DNA of 64,000 nucleotides from Mobula hypostoma (taxonomy: Eukaryota), in NCBI RefSeq assembly GCF_963921235.1, contig NC_086098.1, positions 2,046,001 to 2,110,000 of the forward strand. Reading direction: 5' to 3'. The translations under genes and the position numbers were made by a program. This document shows positions 22,910-36,404 of the stretch, one piece after another. The notes beneath the pieces were generated by a model that made no database searches, was not told the DNA's origin, and worked only from the letters and a program-made list of their open reading frames with translations. Position 1 is the stretch's first letter, and the number at the start of each line of letters is the position of its first letter.

Positions 22910-23480
22910 TGTCCACTGGCTACACATTTTAATTTCACATCCCATTCCCACTCTGATATGTCTATCCACGGCCTCCTCTACTGCCAAGATGAAGCCTCAC
23001 TCAGGTTGGAGGAACAACACATTGTATTCTGTCTGGGTAGCTTCCAACCTGATGGCATGAACATTGACTTCTCAAACTTCCGCTAATGCCCCACCATCCC
23101 CTCGTACCCCATCCATTATTTATTTATATACACTTTCTTTATCTCTCTCTCCTTTTTCTCCCTCTGTCCCTCTCACTATACCCTTTGCCCATCCTCTGGG
23201 CTTCCCCCCTCCCCCTTTTCTTTCTCCCTAGGCCTCCTGTCCCATGATCATCTCATATCCCTTTTGCCAATCACCTGTCCAGCTCTTGGCTCCATCCCTC
23301 CCCCTCCTGTCTTCTCCTATCATTTCGTATCTCCCCCTCCCCCTCCCACTTTCAAATCTCTTACTAGCTCTTCTTTCAGTTAGTCCGGATGAAGGGTCTC
23401 GGCCCGAAACGTTGACTGTACCTCTTCCTAGAGATGCTGCCTGGCCTGCTGCGTTCACCAGCAACGTTTATGTGTGTTGC
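22910..23480 (+). mobile_element. Penelope-like element 3' part (GIY-YIG end, terminal repeat, hammerhead 23382-23417 with CGGAUGA core mutation)
   Basis: PLATHFNFTSHSHSDMSIHGLLYCQDE..LEEQH..QPDGMNIDFSNFR*, highly similar to 15200-15776. Confidence 0.9.
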
Positions 23481-25895
23481 CCTTAATAATCTTATCTGTT
23501 TCAATCAGATCCCCTCTCATCCTTCTAAATTCCAGTGTATACAAGCCCAGTCACTCCAATCTTTCAACATATGACAGTCCCGCCATCCCAGGAATTAACC
23601 TCGTGAACCTACGCTGTACTCTCTCAATAGCAAGAATGTCCTTCCTCGAATTTGGAGACCAGAACTGTACACAATACTCCAGGTGTGGTCTCACCAGAGC
23701 CCTGTACAACTGCAGAAGGACGTATTTGCTCCTGTACTCAACTCCCCTTGTTATGAAGGCCAACATGCCATTAGCTTTCTTCACTGCCTGCTGTATCTGC
23801 AAACTTACTTTCAGTGACTAATGAATAAGGACACCCAGATCTCGTTGTACTTCCCCTTTTCCTAACTTGACACCATTCAGATAGTAATCTGCCTTCCTGT
23901 TCTTGCCACCAAAGTGGATAACCTCACATTTATCCACATTAAACTGCATCTGCCCACTCACCCAACATGTCCAAGTCACCCTGCATTCTCATAACATCCT
24001 CCTCATATTTCACACTGCCACCCAGTTTTGTGTCATCTGCAAATTTGCTAATGTTACCTATAATCCCTTCATCTAAGTCATTAATGTATATTGTAAATAG
24101 CTGTGGTCCCAGCACCGAGCCTTGCGGTACCCCACTAGTCACTGCCTGCCATTCTGAAAAGGACCCATTAATCCCTACTCTTTGTTTCCTGTTTGCCAAC
24201 CAATTTTCTATCCATGTCAGTACCGTAACCCCAATACCATATGCTCCAATTTTGTCCACTAATCTCCTATGTGGGACCTTATCAAAGGCTTTCTCAAAGT
24301 CCAGGTATATTACATCCACTGGCTCTCCCTTGACCATTTTCATAGTTACATCCTCAAAAAATTCCATAAAATTAATCAAGCATGATTCCTCTTCATAAAT
24401 CCTGTCACTGCTATCCAAGTGTGCCGCTATTTCATCTTTTATAATTGACTCCAGCATTTTCCCCATCACTGATGTCAGGCTAACCGGTCTATAATTCCCT
24501 GCTTTCTCTCTCCCTTCTTTCTAAAAAAGTGGGATAACATTAACTACCCTCCAATCCACAGGAACTGATCCTGAATCTATAGAACATTAGAAAATGATTA
24601 CCAATGTGTCCACGATTTCTGGAGCCACCTCCTTAAGTACCCTGGGGTGCAGACCATCAATCCCTGGGGATTTATCAGCCTTCAGTCCTACCAGTCTATC
24701 CAACACCAATTTCTGCCTAATGTGAATTTCCTTCAATTCCTCCATTACCCTAGGTCCTCCGGCCACTATTACATCTGAGGAATAGCTACAGGAGTGCTCT
24801 GCACTACCTGTCTACTGACCTTCGCTTTCCCCCCTCTGACTATCAGCTGATTCCCTACCAGAAAAATATGTAGTCCCTTTCCTTCCGTGTACCTAGAACA
24901 AGGAGATGTAGAGTCAGTATGGATAGAGATTGTTTGTGTCTTCCATAGTGAAGACAGATCCAAAGTTCCTGTTCAACTGGTCTGCCACTTCTTTTTTCCC
25001 CATAATAAATTCACCCGTTTCTGTCTTCAAGGGTCCAACTTCGGTCTTAACTTATTTTTACCTCTTCACATCCCTAAAGAAGCTTTTCTTATCCTCCTTT
25101 ATATTCTTGGCTAGCTTATCTTCGAACCTTATCATTTCTCCCTGTATTGCCTTTTTAGATATCTTCTTTTGCTCTTTAAAATTTTCCCAATCCTCTGACT
25201 TCCCACTCACCTTTGCTATGCTATACTACTTCTCTTTTATTGTTATACTGTCCTTGACCTCCCTTGTCAGCCACGGTCGCCCTCTACTTCGCTTAGAATC
25301 TTTCTTCCTCTTTGGAATGAACTGATCCTGCATCTTCTGCATTATTCCCAGAAATACCTGCCATTGTTGTTCCACTGTCATCCCTGCTAGGTTATCTTTC
25401 CAGTCAACTTTGGCCAGCTCCTCCCTCATAGCTCCATAGTCCCCTTTGTTCAACTGTAATACTGACACTCCCGATTTTCCCTTCTCCCTCTCAATTTGTT
25501 GATTGAAACTTATCATATTATGTTCACTACCTCCTAATGGCTCCTTTACCTCGAGTTCCCTTATCAAATCCAGTTCATCACACAACACTAAATCCAGAAT
25601 TGCCTTCTCCCTGGTAGCTCCAGTACAAGCTGCACTATGAATCCATCTCAGAGGCACTCCACAAACTCCCTTTCTTGGGGTCCAGTACCAACCTGATTTT
25701 CCCAGTCTACCTGCGTGTTAAAATCCCCCATAACAACCATAGCATTACCTTTGCAACATGTCAATTTTAACTCTTGATTCAATTTGCACCCTATATCCAG
25801 GCTACTGTTTGGGGGTCTGTAGATAATTCCCAGTAGGGTCGTTTTGCCTATACAATTTCTCAGTTCTATCCATACTGACTCTACATCTCCTGTTT
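23481..25895 (-). mobile_element. CR1 LINE ORF2 relic (APE endonuclease plus RT)
   Basis: Minus ORFs with YRPPNS, MGDFN, ILDLVL, DFEKAFDKVPH, GVPQGSVLGP, FADDTKLGG and RPHLEYCVQFW. Confidence 0.92.
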
Positions 25896-25949
25896 CTAGG
25901 TACACGGAAGGAAAAGGGACTACATATTTTTCTGGCAGGGAAACAGGTT

Positions 25950-28865
25950 GTTTGGTGACAGTCAGAGGGGGGAAAGCGAAGGTGAGTAGACAGGTAGTGC
26001 AGAGCACCCCTGTAGTCATTCCCCTGAATGATGCAGGGAGCAGGGTTTTAGATTTTTGGATCATCGGGATCTCTTCTGGGGAGGGTGAGACCTGTACAGA
26101 TTGGATGGGTTACATTGAACTCGAGGGGGAGCAATATCCTTGCAGGTAGGTTTGCTAGCATGGTTCGGGAGGGTTTAAACTAATTTGCGAGGGGGGTGGG
26201 GCCTGGAGCGATAGAGCAATGGAAGAAGTGCGTGGAATAAAGCCAGATCTAACATACAGAGAGGCTCTGAGGAAAGAGAAGCAGAATAAAGGGTGTAAAG
26301 GTAGGAAGGTAGAAGGGCTTCAATGCAAGAAGCATCAGGAACAAAGGTGATGAACTGAGAGCTTGGATACATACATGGAATTATGATGTAGTGGCCACTA
26401 CAGAGACTTGGCTGGCACCAGGGCAGGAATGGATTCTCAATATTCCTGGATTTCAGTGCTTTAAAAGGGATAAAGTGGAGGGAAAAGGGGAGGAGTGGTG
26501 GCATTACTGGTCAGGGATACTATTACAGCTATAGAAAGGGTGGGTAATGTAGCAGGATCCCTTTTTGAGTCAGTATGGGTGGAAGTCAGGAACAGGAAGG
26601 GAGCAGTTACTCTATTGGGAGTATTCTACAGGCCCCCTGGTAGCATTAGAGATACCAAGGAGCAGGTCTGGAGGCAGATTTTGGAAAGGTGCAAAAATAA
26701 CAGGGTTGTTATCATGGGTGACTTTATCTTCCCTATTATTGATGGGTACCTGATTAGTTCCAATGGTTTATATGGGGTAGAATTTGTTAAGTATGTCCAG
26801 GATAGATTCTTGTCACAGTATGTTGACAGGCTGACTAGGAGGAATGCCATACTAGATCTAGTACTAGGTAATGAACCGGGTCAGGTTACAGATCTCTCAG
26901 TGGGTGAGCATCTGGGGTACAGTGACCACCGCTCCCTGGCCTTTAGCATTATCATGGAAAAGGACAGAATCAGAGAGTACAAGAAAATTTTTAATTGGGG
27001 AAGGGCAAATTATGAAGCTATAAGGCTAGAACTTGCAGGTGTGAATTGGGATGATGTTTTTGCAGGGAAATGTACTATGGACATGTGGTCGATGTTTAGG
27101 GATCTTTTGCAGGATGTTAGGGACAAATTTGTCCCGGTGAGGAAGATAAAGAATGGTCGGGTGAAGGAACCATTGGTGACAAGTGAGGTGGAAAATCTAG
27201 TCAGGTGGAAGAAGGCAGCATACATGAGGTTTAGGAAGCAAGGATCAGATGGGTCTATTGAGGAATATAGGGAAGCAAGAAAGGAGCTTAAGAAGGGGCT
27301 GAGAAGAGCAAGAAGGGGACATGAGAAGGCCTTGGTGAGTAGGGTAAAGGCATTCTTCAATTATGTTAAGTTAAAAAGATGACAGGAGTGAAGGTAGGAC
27401 TGATTAGAGATAAAGGTGGGACCATGTGCCTGGAGGCTGTGAAAGTGAGCAAGGTCCTCAATGAATACTTCTCTTCGGTATTCGCCAATGAGAGGGAACT
27501 TGATGACGGTGAGGACAATATGAGTGATGTTCTGGAGTATGTTGATATTAAGGGAGAGGAGGTGTTGGAGTTGTTAAAATACATTAGGATGGAGAAGTCC
27601 GGTGAGCCTTACGTCTGTGGTGGGAAAGCTGTTGGAAAAGATTCTCAGAGATAGTGTCTATGGGCATTTAGAGAATCATGGTCTGATCAGGGACAGTCAG
27701 CATGGCTTTGTGTAGGGCAGATCGTGTCTAACAAGCCTGATAGATTCCACACAGTAGGCTTATTCAGAAAGTCAGAAGGCATGGGATCCAGGGAAGTTTG
27801 GCCAGGTGGATTCAGAATTGGCTTGCCTGCAGAAGGCAGAGGGTGGTGGTGGAGGGAGTACATTCAGATTGGAGGGTTGTGACTCGTGGTATCTCACAAG
27901 GATCGGTTCTGGGACCTCTACTTTTCGTGATTTTTATTAACAACCTGGATGTGGGGGTAGAAGGCTGGGCAAGTTTGCAGATGACACAAAGGTTGGTGGT
28001 ATTGTAGATAGTGTAGAGGATTGTCGAAGATTGCAGAGAGACATTGATAGGATGCAGAAGTGGGCTGAGAAGTGGCAGATGGAGTTCAACCCGGAGAAGT
28101 GTGAGGTGGTATACTTTGGAAGGACAAACTCCAAGGCAGAATACAAAGTAAATGGCAGGATACTTGGTAGTGTGGAGGAGCAGAGGGATCTGGAGGTACA
28201 TGTCCACAGATCCCTGAAAGTTGCCTCACTGGTAGATAGGGTAGTTAAGAATGCTTATGGGGTGCTAACTTTCTTAAATCGAGGGACAGGGTTTAAGAGT
28301 CGCAATGTAATGATGCAGCTCTATAAAACTCTGGTTAGGCCACACTTGGAGTACTGTGTCCAGTTTGGTCGCCTCACTATAGGAAGGATGTGGAAGCATT
28401 GGAAAGGCTACAGAGGATATTTACCAGGATGCTGCCTGGTTTAGAGAGTATGCATTATGATCAGAGATTAAGGGAGTTAGGGCTTTACTCTTTGGAGAGA
28501 AGGAGGGTGAGAGAAGACATAATAGAGGTGTACAAGATATTAAGAGGAATAGATAGAGTGGATAGCCAGCGCCTCTTCCCCAGGGCACCACTGCTCAATA
28601 CAAGAGGACATGGCTTTAAGGTAAGGGGTGGGAAGTTCAAGGGGGATATTACAGGAAGGTTTTTTACTCAGAGAGTGGTTAGTGCGTGGAATGCACTGCC
28701 TGAGTCAGTGGTGGAGGCAGATACACTAGTGAAGTTTAAGAGACCACTAGACAGGTATATGGAGGAATTTAAGGTGGGTGGTTATATGGGAGGCAGGGTT
28801 TAAGGGTCGGCACAACATTGTGGGCCGAAGGGCCTGTACTGTGCTGTACTATTCTATGTTCTATG
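25950..28865 (+). mobile_element. Near-full-length CR1 relic (ORF1 esterase pieces, EN, RT) with internal deletions
   Basis: GFRFLDH..LFW..DGLH esterase end; ESVWVEVRN..YRPPG..MGDF..LDLVL..SDH endonuclease; RT to 28803; (TTCTATG) tail. Confidence 0.92.
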
Positions 28866-31865
28866 GAAAGAACCAAGACGCACCCCCGTGAGCATGGAGT
28901 GGGCATTGCCATTAGGAACTCCTTGTTGCAAATGGTGGAGCCACCAGAAAATAGATCAGAATGACTTATTAGTCTCCACCTACACACCAGTCATGGCCCA
29001 GTATCTTTCGCCAGTGTTTATGCCCCTTCCTTGAATTCCACCTCTGAGGCAAAAGACATGTTCTACGACAAATTAGAAGCTGTTGTCAGGAATATTCCCA
29101 AGGATGAGCACCTCATTCTCCTTGGTGACTTCAACGTCAGAGTGGGAGCCGATAACGATTCCTGGCCATCTTGTCTTGGTAACTTTGGAATTCACAAAAT
29201 AAATGACAATGGACAACGTTTTCTGGAGTTCTGCTCCTATCTCGGCCTATGCGTAACTAACTCCTACCTTCAGACAAAGTCGCAGTACAAGGTCTCATGG
29301 TGACATCCATGGTCTAAACACTGGCACCAACTAGACATGATCATCACCAGGCGTTCTTCCACCAATTCTGTACTAATCACCCGCTCATACCACAGTGCAG
29401 ACTGCGATATGGATCATGCTTTAGTATGCCGCAAGATCAAACTACGTCCGAAGCAAATTCACCACTCCAAACAAACTGTAAAACCTCGCATCAACACAAC
29501 AGAAATGAAACAGTCAGAAAAGGTTGACCAGTTTGCCAAGTCAGTACAGGGTGCTATGACTACCTCCTCACAAGGAGATACTGCAACAGAACAATGGTCA
29601 TACCTTCGCAACCCCATCCACGAATCAGCACTCTCTATCTTTGGAAGCAAGACCACAAAGAGCAGTGACTGGTTTGAGGCAAAGTCCAACATCATGACTC
29701 CTGTCATTGAAGCCAAGCGCGCAGCTCTCACAGAGTACGAGCGCTCACCATCCGACCAAACACTCCAGGCACTTCGAGCTGCTAGAAGCAAAGTGCAACA
29801 GACTGCAAGGCAGTGCACAAATGAGTACTGGTTCCAGCTCAGGGAGGACGTTCAGACAGCAGCTGTGACAGGCAACATCAGATTGATGTATGATGGTATC
29901 AAGAAGGCCCTTGGCCCATCACAGAGCAAGACAGCACCCCTGAAGTCATCCAGCAGTGAAATAATCACCGATAAAAGCAAGCAGATGGAAAGCTGGGTAG
30001 AACACTGCTCCGAGTTCTACTCGAGGGAAAATGTTGTTAGCTCAGCCATTGATGCCGTCGATTGTCTACCAGTCATGGATGAACTCAACTCCGAACCAAC
30101 CATTGAGGACTTCAGCAAGGCAATTGACAGTCTGGCCCCAGGGAAAGCTCCTGGCAATGATGGGATTCCTCCTGACCTGATCAAACACTGCAAGAGCTCA
30201 CTCCTCCAACCTTTACACGAGGTCCTCCATCAGTTCTGGAAGGAAGGAGCTGTACCACAGGATATGGGCGACTTTGTACAAGAACAAGGGTGATAGGAGT
30301 GACTGCAACAACTACAGGGGTATCTCCCTCCTGAGTATTGTCGGCAAAGTCTTTGCTCGTGTAACTCTGGCACGTCTACAAACTCTGGCAGAACGGGTCT
30401 ACCCTGAGTCCCAATGTGGTTTTCACGCAAGGAGGTCAACTGTCGACATGATTTTCTCACTCCATCAACTCCAGGAGAAGTGCAAGGAACAACAGAAACC
30501 CCTCTATGTCACTTTCATCGACTGGACCAAGACGTTCAACCTTGTCAGCAGGGATGGGCTCTTTCAGATTCTCCTCAAGATTGGCTGTTCCCCGAAACTC
30601 CAAAGTATCATCAAGTCATTTCATGACGACATGAGGCCTACTGCTCAGTGCGATGGCAGCTCATCAGAACCCTTCCCTATTTGTAGTGGAGTCAAATAAG
30701 GATGCGTGTTGGCCCCAACATTATTTGGCATCTTCTTCTCTCTGCTATTGAAGCAGGCGTTTGGGACGTTGACAGAAGGCATCTACATGCACACCAGGTC
30801 TGATGGGCGGCTGTTCAACCCTGTGTGCCTGAGAGCAAGAACAAAGGTGCGAAAGATCTTAATACGTGACATGCTGTTTGCCGATGATGCTGCTGTAACC
30901 TCGCACACCAAACAGCAACTACAAACTCTCATGGACTGCTTCTCTAAGGCATGCAAGGACTTCGGGCTTACCATCAGCCTAAAGAAAACAAACGTCCTTG
31001 CCCAGAACGTAGTGGAGACACCAGTCATAACCATCGACAATTACGATCTAGAAGTGGTCTATGCATTCACGTACTTGGGGTTGACCATTAGCAGCACTCT
31101 CTCCCTCGATGCTGAAATCAATAGGCGTATCGGCAAAGCTGCATCGACCCTTGCTCAACTCTCCTCGTGGGTCTGGGAGAATCCGAAACTGGCTACAAAG
31201 ACCAAGATTACTGTGTGCAATGCATGCGTTATCAGCACCCTCCTGTAAGGCAGCGAGACTTGGACCATCTACTCCAAACAGGAGAGGAAACTCAATAGTT
31301 TTCACCTGCACAGCCTTCGCCGCATCCTTGGCATCACCTGGAGAGACAAAATCCCAGACTCTGAGGTCCTCTCCCGTGCTGGACTTCCCTCAATGTTCAC
31401 GCTGTTAAGACAATGCATACTGCGCTGGCTGGGCCACGTCTGTCGTATGAAGGGTGGTAGACTGCCAAAGGACATCCTCTGCGGAGAACCAGCAACAGGC
31501 AAGAGGAAGATTGGTAGACCCCAGCTTTGCTTCAAGAACCTCTGCAAGCGCGACATGAAAGCCTTAAAAATCAACACAGAGTGCTGGGAGGATACAGCAG
31601 ATGACCGCAACAAATGGCGAGGTATTCTTCAGCAACCCCTAGAGCGAGGCAAAAGAGTGATCCTGAGTCAGTCTGAGGAGCAGACAGCTAAACGGAGAGC
31701 ACAGCGGACTGCGGTCAACAATTCCATGACGCCCTACACATGCAGCAACTGTGGCAGAGCCTACCGTTCCATTATCAGCCTCAATAGCCGCAGTTAACGC
31801 TGCTCGATAAAACAGTGACTACCAGAGGCGCAGTACCCACGGTCGACCACGACCGACGGAGGATT
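28865..31865 (+). mobile_element. RTE-clade LINE (EN-RT), 5'-truncated, several stops and frameshifts
   Basis: REHGVG, LLGDFNVRVG, SADCDMDH, GKAPGNDGIP, NYRGISLLSIVGK, PESQCGF, MLFADD, LRWLGHVCRM..RLPK and a C-terminal CxxC: the RTE signature set. Confidence 0.93.
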
Positions 31866-31999
31866 GCTAAATCATCTCCACTGCTCTGCTTTTGGGTCAA
31901 GCCTCGTTTACATTCCCTGACACATGGTTTATGAATTTAAGAATTAAATGGAACTGCATGGCTTCTCTTTTAAATTGTTTTTATTATGAATAAAGTCAG

Positions 32000-32400
32000 A
32001 AGTGTAGTGAAAACACTGCCTTCCCTCAGTTTGCCCACTATCAACAACAGTCCAATCAAGAGTGTTCTGAAACACTCCCCACTTGCCTGGATGAGTGCAG
32101 CTTCAACAATACTCATAAAGTTTGATATCTTGCATGATGTAGCAGCTGGCTTTGATAGACATTTCAGCTGTTCACCTACCCCCTCTCTGATGCACTGCAC
32201 TATCCACGGGACACACTGCAGCAACTCACTGAGACTCCTTAGACTCCAAATTCATCACCTCCACCCAACTTCACCATAAACACCACCACCTGGAAATTGA
32301 TCTGCAAGCCTCACACCATCCTGACTTGAAAATATATGTCTGTTTCTTCACCATCACTGGTTCAAAATCCTCACCTATTAACTTATGATGCCCCTGCAAG
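32000..32400 (+). mobile_element. Ancient CR1/L2-group LINE C-terminal relic
   Basis: IKSVLKHSPLAWMSAASTILIKFDILHDVAA resembles the RSxMEYxxxxW..LDxIQxxAA thumb region. Confidence 0.55.
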
Positions 32401-32744
32401 TAAGATTTCATTTCACCTTTGCATACAGGTACTTTTGCATATGGTGATAAATATGACTTCAAATTGGACTAACAATTCCTGCTCAGTGTTCTGTCCACTG
32501 GACAACTTCAAAGTTCGAAGTAAATTTATTATCGAAGTATATATATGTCACCATATACTGTACAACCCTATTGATTTGTTTCTTGCTATCATACAGAGTA
32601 AATCCAAGATACACAATGAAAGACTGCACCCTGCAGGACAGATAAACAACCAGTGACAGCAAATGTGAAAATACAAAAGAAAAAAAGTAATAATAATAAC
32701 TAAGTAAGCAGTAAATATTGAGAACTTAAGATAAAGAGTCCATA

Positions 32745-33554
32745 CAGTACTGTGCAAAAGTCGCAGACACATACGAGGGGTGATTGATAAGTTCGTGGCC
32801 TAAGGTAGAAGGAGTCAATTTTAGAAAACCTAGCACATTTATTTTTCAACATAGTCCCCTCCTACGTTTACACACTTAGTCCAGCGGTCGTGGAGCATAC
32901 GGATCCCTTCTTTGTAGAAGTGGTCCACAGCAGGGGTGATTAATAAGTTCGTGACCTAAGGTTGAAGGAGATGAGGAGAAACTTCAAACTTTCTGCATTT
33001 TCACTGAAAGAGTTGAACTGCACGTGCATGTAACGAGAGCTGTACAACTCATCTCCTTCTACCTTAGGCCACGAACTTATCAATCACCCCTGCTGCAGAC
33101 CACTTTCTGGAGGTCCAAGGCGCCGACTTCTACAAAGAAGGGATCCGTATGCTCCACGACTGCTGGACTAAGTTGTAAATGTAGGAAAAATAAATGTGCT
33201 AGGTTTTCTAAAATTGACTCCTTCTACCTTAGGCCACAAACTTATCAATCGCCCCTCATATCTATAGCTAGGATGCTAGGGCTTTTGCACAGTACTGTAG
33301 TAGTTCTATGTATCGCACTGTACTTTTGCTGCTAAATAAAAAGCAAATTTAATGACATACAGTATATGATTGATGATGAACCTGCTTCTGATATGGATTT
33401 CTATTGTGGACTGAAAGTGGGAAGGAGTCAGGGAGAGGGGAATCGTATTTGGGAAAAGGGGAAGGGAGCAGGAAGCACCAGAGAGACATTCTGTAAATGA
33501 TCAATTAATCAATTGTTTGGAATCAAATAACCTTAAGAATTTTGCACAGCACTG
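32745..33554. mobile_element. Tc1-type MITE (TIR CAGTACTGTGCAAAA, TA TSD)
   Basis: TA|CAGTACTGTGCAAAAG at 32745 and TTTTGCACAGCACTG|TA at 33554, with an extra internal TIR at ~33283-33298. Removing it restores the host GAGTCCATAGATTGTGGG. Confidence 0.8.
32774..33258. mobile_element. Mariner-derived palindromic MITE nested in the Tc1 MITE
   Basis: TA|CGAGGGGTGATTGATAAGTTCGTGGCCTAAGG ... CCTTAGGCCACAAACTTATCAATCGCCCCTCA|TA. The arms encode the mariner C-terminus FYKEGIRMLHDRWTKCVNVGGDYVEK*. Confidence 0.9.
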
Positions 33555-33619
33555 TAGATTGTGGGAACAGTTCAGTGATGGGGCAAGTGAAGCTGAGTGA
33601 AGTTGTCCCATTCCGGTCA

Positions 33620-34465
33620 AGATGATGCATGCTGGTCAAAATGGCGCCTGTGTACAATGCTCCCTCAGTCAACATCTTCTGGATAGACCACAAAACTGTT
33701 TATTTCACTTCTTTTACATTTGTTTTTATCTTTAAAGTGTCTCTGACTCTGTTAGAGCCTGCAGTTTACTGTTTGGAAATTGATTGAGTGATCCAGTGCT
33801 TTGCTGTCTCCGAGAAGATTCCAGGAGTGGTGCACAAGCCTTAGAAAATACAAGACAGGGTGCGAGCTGATATTCGACTCTATGTTGCCAATTAAAGCAA
33901 GGAGAAAGACAGAAAAATTGAGGTGCATGCAGAAGGCGAAGGGTTCAGCACCTTTCTATCACTGATGGGATCGCTCTGCTGCCATCGAAGGAGCCTGTGT
34001 GGCCTATCACTGTGCTCAGAGGGTAGGCCTCTACAGTTGAGCAGTGTCTCTCTCTTTCGATGTCACCAAGGTTCTGCATTTATGGATTTGGACAATCAGC
34101 TATGTACTTTTTCAGTCTTATGCTTTTTATATTCCATGCTTTCTAGTTGCTTTCTTTGTGCGGTGGGAGGGGGGTTTGGGGTGGATGTTCTTGTTGATAT
34201 TTTGTTAGTTTTTGTGCGGGGTAGGGGGACTTGGGGGCTGATGTTGTTGGAGTTTCGTGTGGGAAAAGGGGGCTTTGGTGGTTGATCATGTTGCCGTTCT
34301 TTTTTTTTTGTGAAGGGGGATGGGAGTGGATGAACTGTTTCTCACTGAATCTGACTTCCATGGTTTTCTTTGTTTCATGGCTATCTGGAGAAGAAGAATC
34401 TCAGAGTTGTATGCTGCATACATACTTTAATAATAAATGAATCTTTGAATCTTTTGAACCTTTGA
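33620..34465 (+). mobile_element. Non-coding retroposon-like repeat starting near AAAATGGCGCC, with a (CTTTGAA)-type tail
   Basis: 3' part matches 16060-16430; it lies within a minus-strand Rex1 relic. Confidence 0.55.
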
Positions 34466-34830
34466 ACCTGGTGGTGTGAGTCCTGAGGCTCTTGTACCTT
34501 CTTCCTGATGGCAGCAGCGAGAAACTGCATGGTCTAGTTAGTGGGAATCCCTGATGATGGATGCTGCTTTCCTGCGACTGCACTTCACGCAGATGTGCTC
34601 AATGGTGGAGAGGACGTTATTTGTGATGGACTGGGCCAAATTCATTACTTTTTGCCAGATTTTTCATTCAAGGGCATTGGTGTTTCCATACCAGGCCATG
34701 GTGTGACCAGTCAATAAGCTCTCCACCACACATCTGTAGAAGCTTGCCAAAGTTTTGGTTGTCATGCCGAATATTCACAAACTTCTAAGGAAGTAGAGGT
34801 GATGACGTGCTTTCTTTGTAATTGCAGAAC
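34466..34830 (-). mobile_element. Rex1 RT C-terminal relic
   Basis: LLPSGRRYKSLRTHTTRF on the minus strand. Confidence 0.8.
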
Positions 34831-35049
34831 TCAGCTCCATAAATTAAATTAAATATGCTCCAAAACTAATGGGCAGAAAGATTAGCAGGGAACTGGAGAT
34901 GCTTCCATTTACAGAGTCTGGAACTCCCAGCCCAAGGGTGGTAAGGGTAAAAAAGCAACAGCACAATTAAAAAAAATCTGAATGATATTGAAGAATCATA
35001 ATCTGAAAGACTTTGGCGCAAAAAATGGAAATTGGGATTAAACGGATTA

Positions 35050-35400
35050 CCATGAGTCTATAAAGCCCTGGTTAGACCATACTTAGAATATTGTATTCAG
35101 TTCTGATTGCCTCATCATAGGAAAGAAGTAGAAGTTTTACAGAGGGTGCAGGGGAGATTTACTGGGATTAGAGAGCATGTTTTATGAGTGCAGGTTGAGT
35201 AAACTAAGGTTTTTCTCTTGGGAGCGAAGGAGGATGAGGGATAACTTGATAGAGGTGTACAAGGTTATAAGAGGCATAGATTGAATGGACAACCAGAGAC
35301 TTTTTCCCAGGTTGGTTAGATTGATTTTACAGTAGGTAAGAAGACTGACACAATATCAAGGGCTGAATGGTCTGTAATGTTTTCTGTTCTTTGTTCCGTT
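35050..35400 (+). mobile_element. CR1 3' relic
   Basis: YKALVRPYLEYCIQF coding. Confidence 0.75.
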
Positions 35401-36204
35401 TCTAGTTCTTTCTTTTATCAAGTGGATTCAATGGACTGAACAGCCTCCATCTGTGCAGAAAAGTTTCATTATTCTTTGATGTTTCCAGTCTCTGTTTCAT
35501 TTTAACACCCTTTTCAAATGTAACCATTTTAGACATAGCAGACGTAATTTTTTCAGAAACATTTCAAAACCTGCTTATTAGCTTGTAAAATCAATTAATT
35601 CCTCTTGCCCTGGTGGCATGCAGTCAAACAATGTCGATGCGTAAGTTTTTATTCGAAACACAGAATGTAATCGTACATGCAAAAGATGGAATCGCACACA
35701 AGCAGATTGCCAGGATGAACTCCTTCTAACAAATCTCACTGTAATAAGCAGGTTACTTTTGTGAAGAAATTGGCGCGATCGGCAAACGTAAAGGAAGTAC
35801 TCAGAAAGTGCTCCTGACAGATAAAACCTAGAAAATAATTAATGCAGACCCATTGAATGGAGGTAAACTTCGGGCAGCAGACAAATGTGGAATCGCACGC
35901 AAATTCCTGTATGGGCCAAGCAGCAGTTCTTAAAGGCCGTCATACCATGGGGTGTCCTGTCTGATCACACACTCAGCGGATATTCACACAGCATTCATTC
36001 TCCGTTCCCTTTTATGGGTACACAAGGTCACACTGCCGGTTTATACTCCAGCAGCTGTTAGGAAAGCACCAACGTGCTCCAGAACAAATGTTGCCTTGAC
36101 AACCCCGCAGACACTAGTGGCTCTACTGCAAATTTTTGTATGACATCACTTGCTACTGCATCATACCAGTGCAGTTGCATGTCTTATTCTGAGCTGTAAT
36201 GGTT

Positions 36205-36402
36205 TAACACACACACACAATGCTGGAGGAGCTCAGCATCTCAGGCAACATCTATGGAAATAAATAAATAGCTGACGTTTTGGGCCAAGACCCTTCATCA
36301 GGAACTGGTCAAAAATGTCGACTGTTTATTTATTTCCATAGATGCTGCCCGACCAGCATTTTGTGTGTTACTCTGGATTTCCAGCATCTGCAGAACCTCT
36401 TC
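36205..36402. mobile_element. Fold-back Penelope-like terminal-repeat element with a decayed minus-strand hammerhead (36270-36304)
   Basis: CATCTATGGAAATAAATAAA..GACG / GTCGACTGTTTATTTATTTCCATAGATG inverted arms. Confidence 0.8.
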
Positions 36403-36404
36403 TG

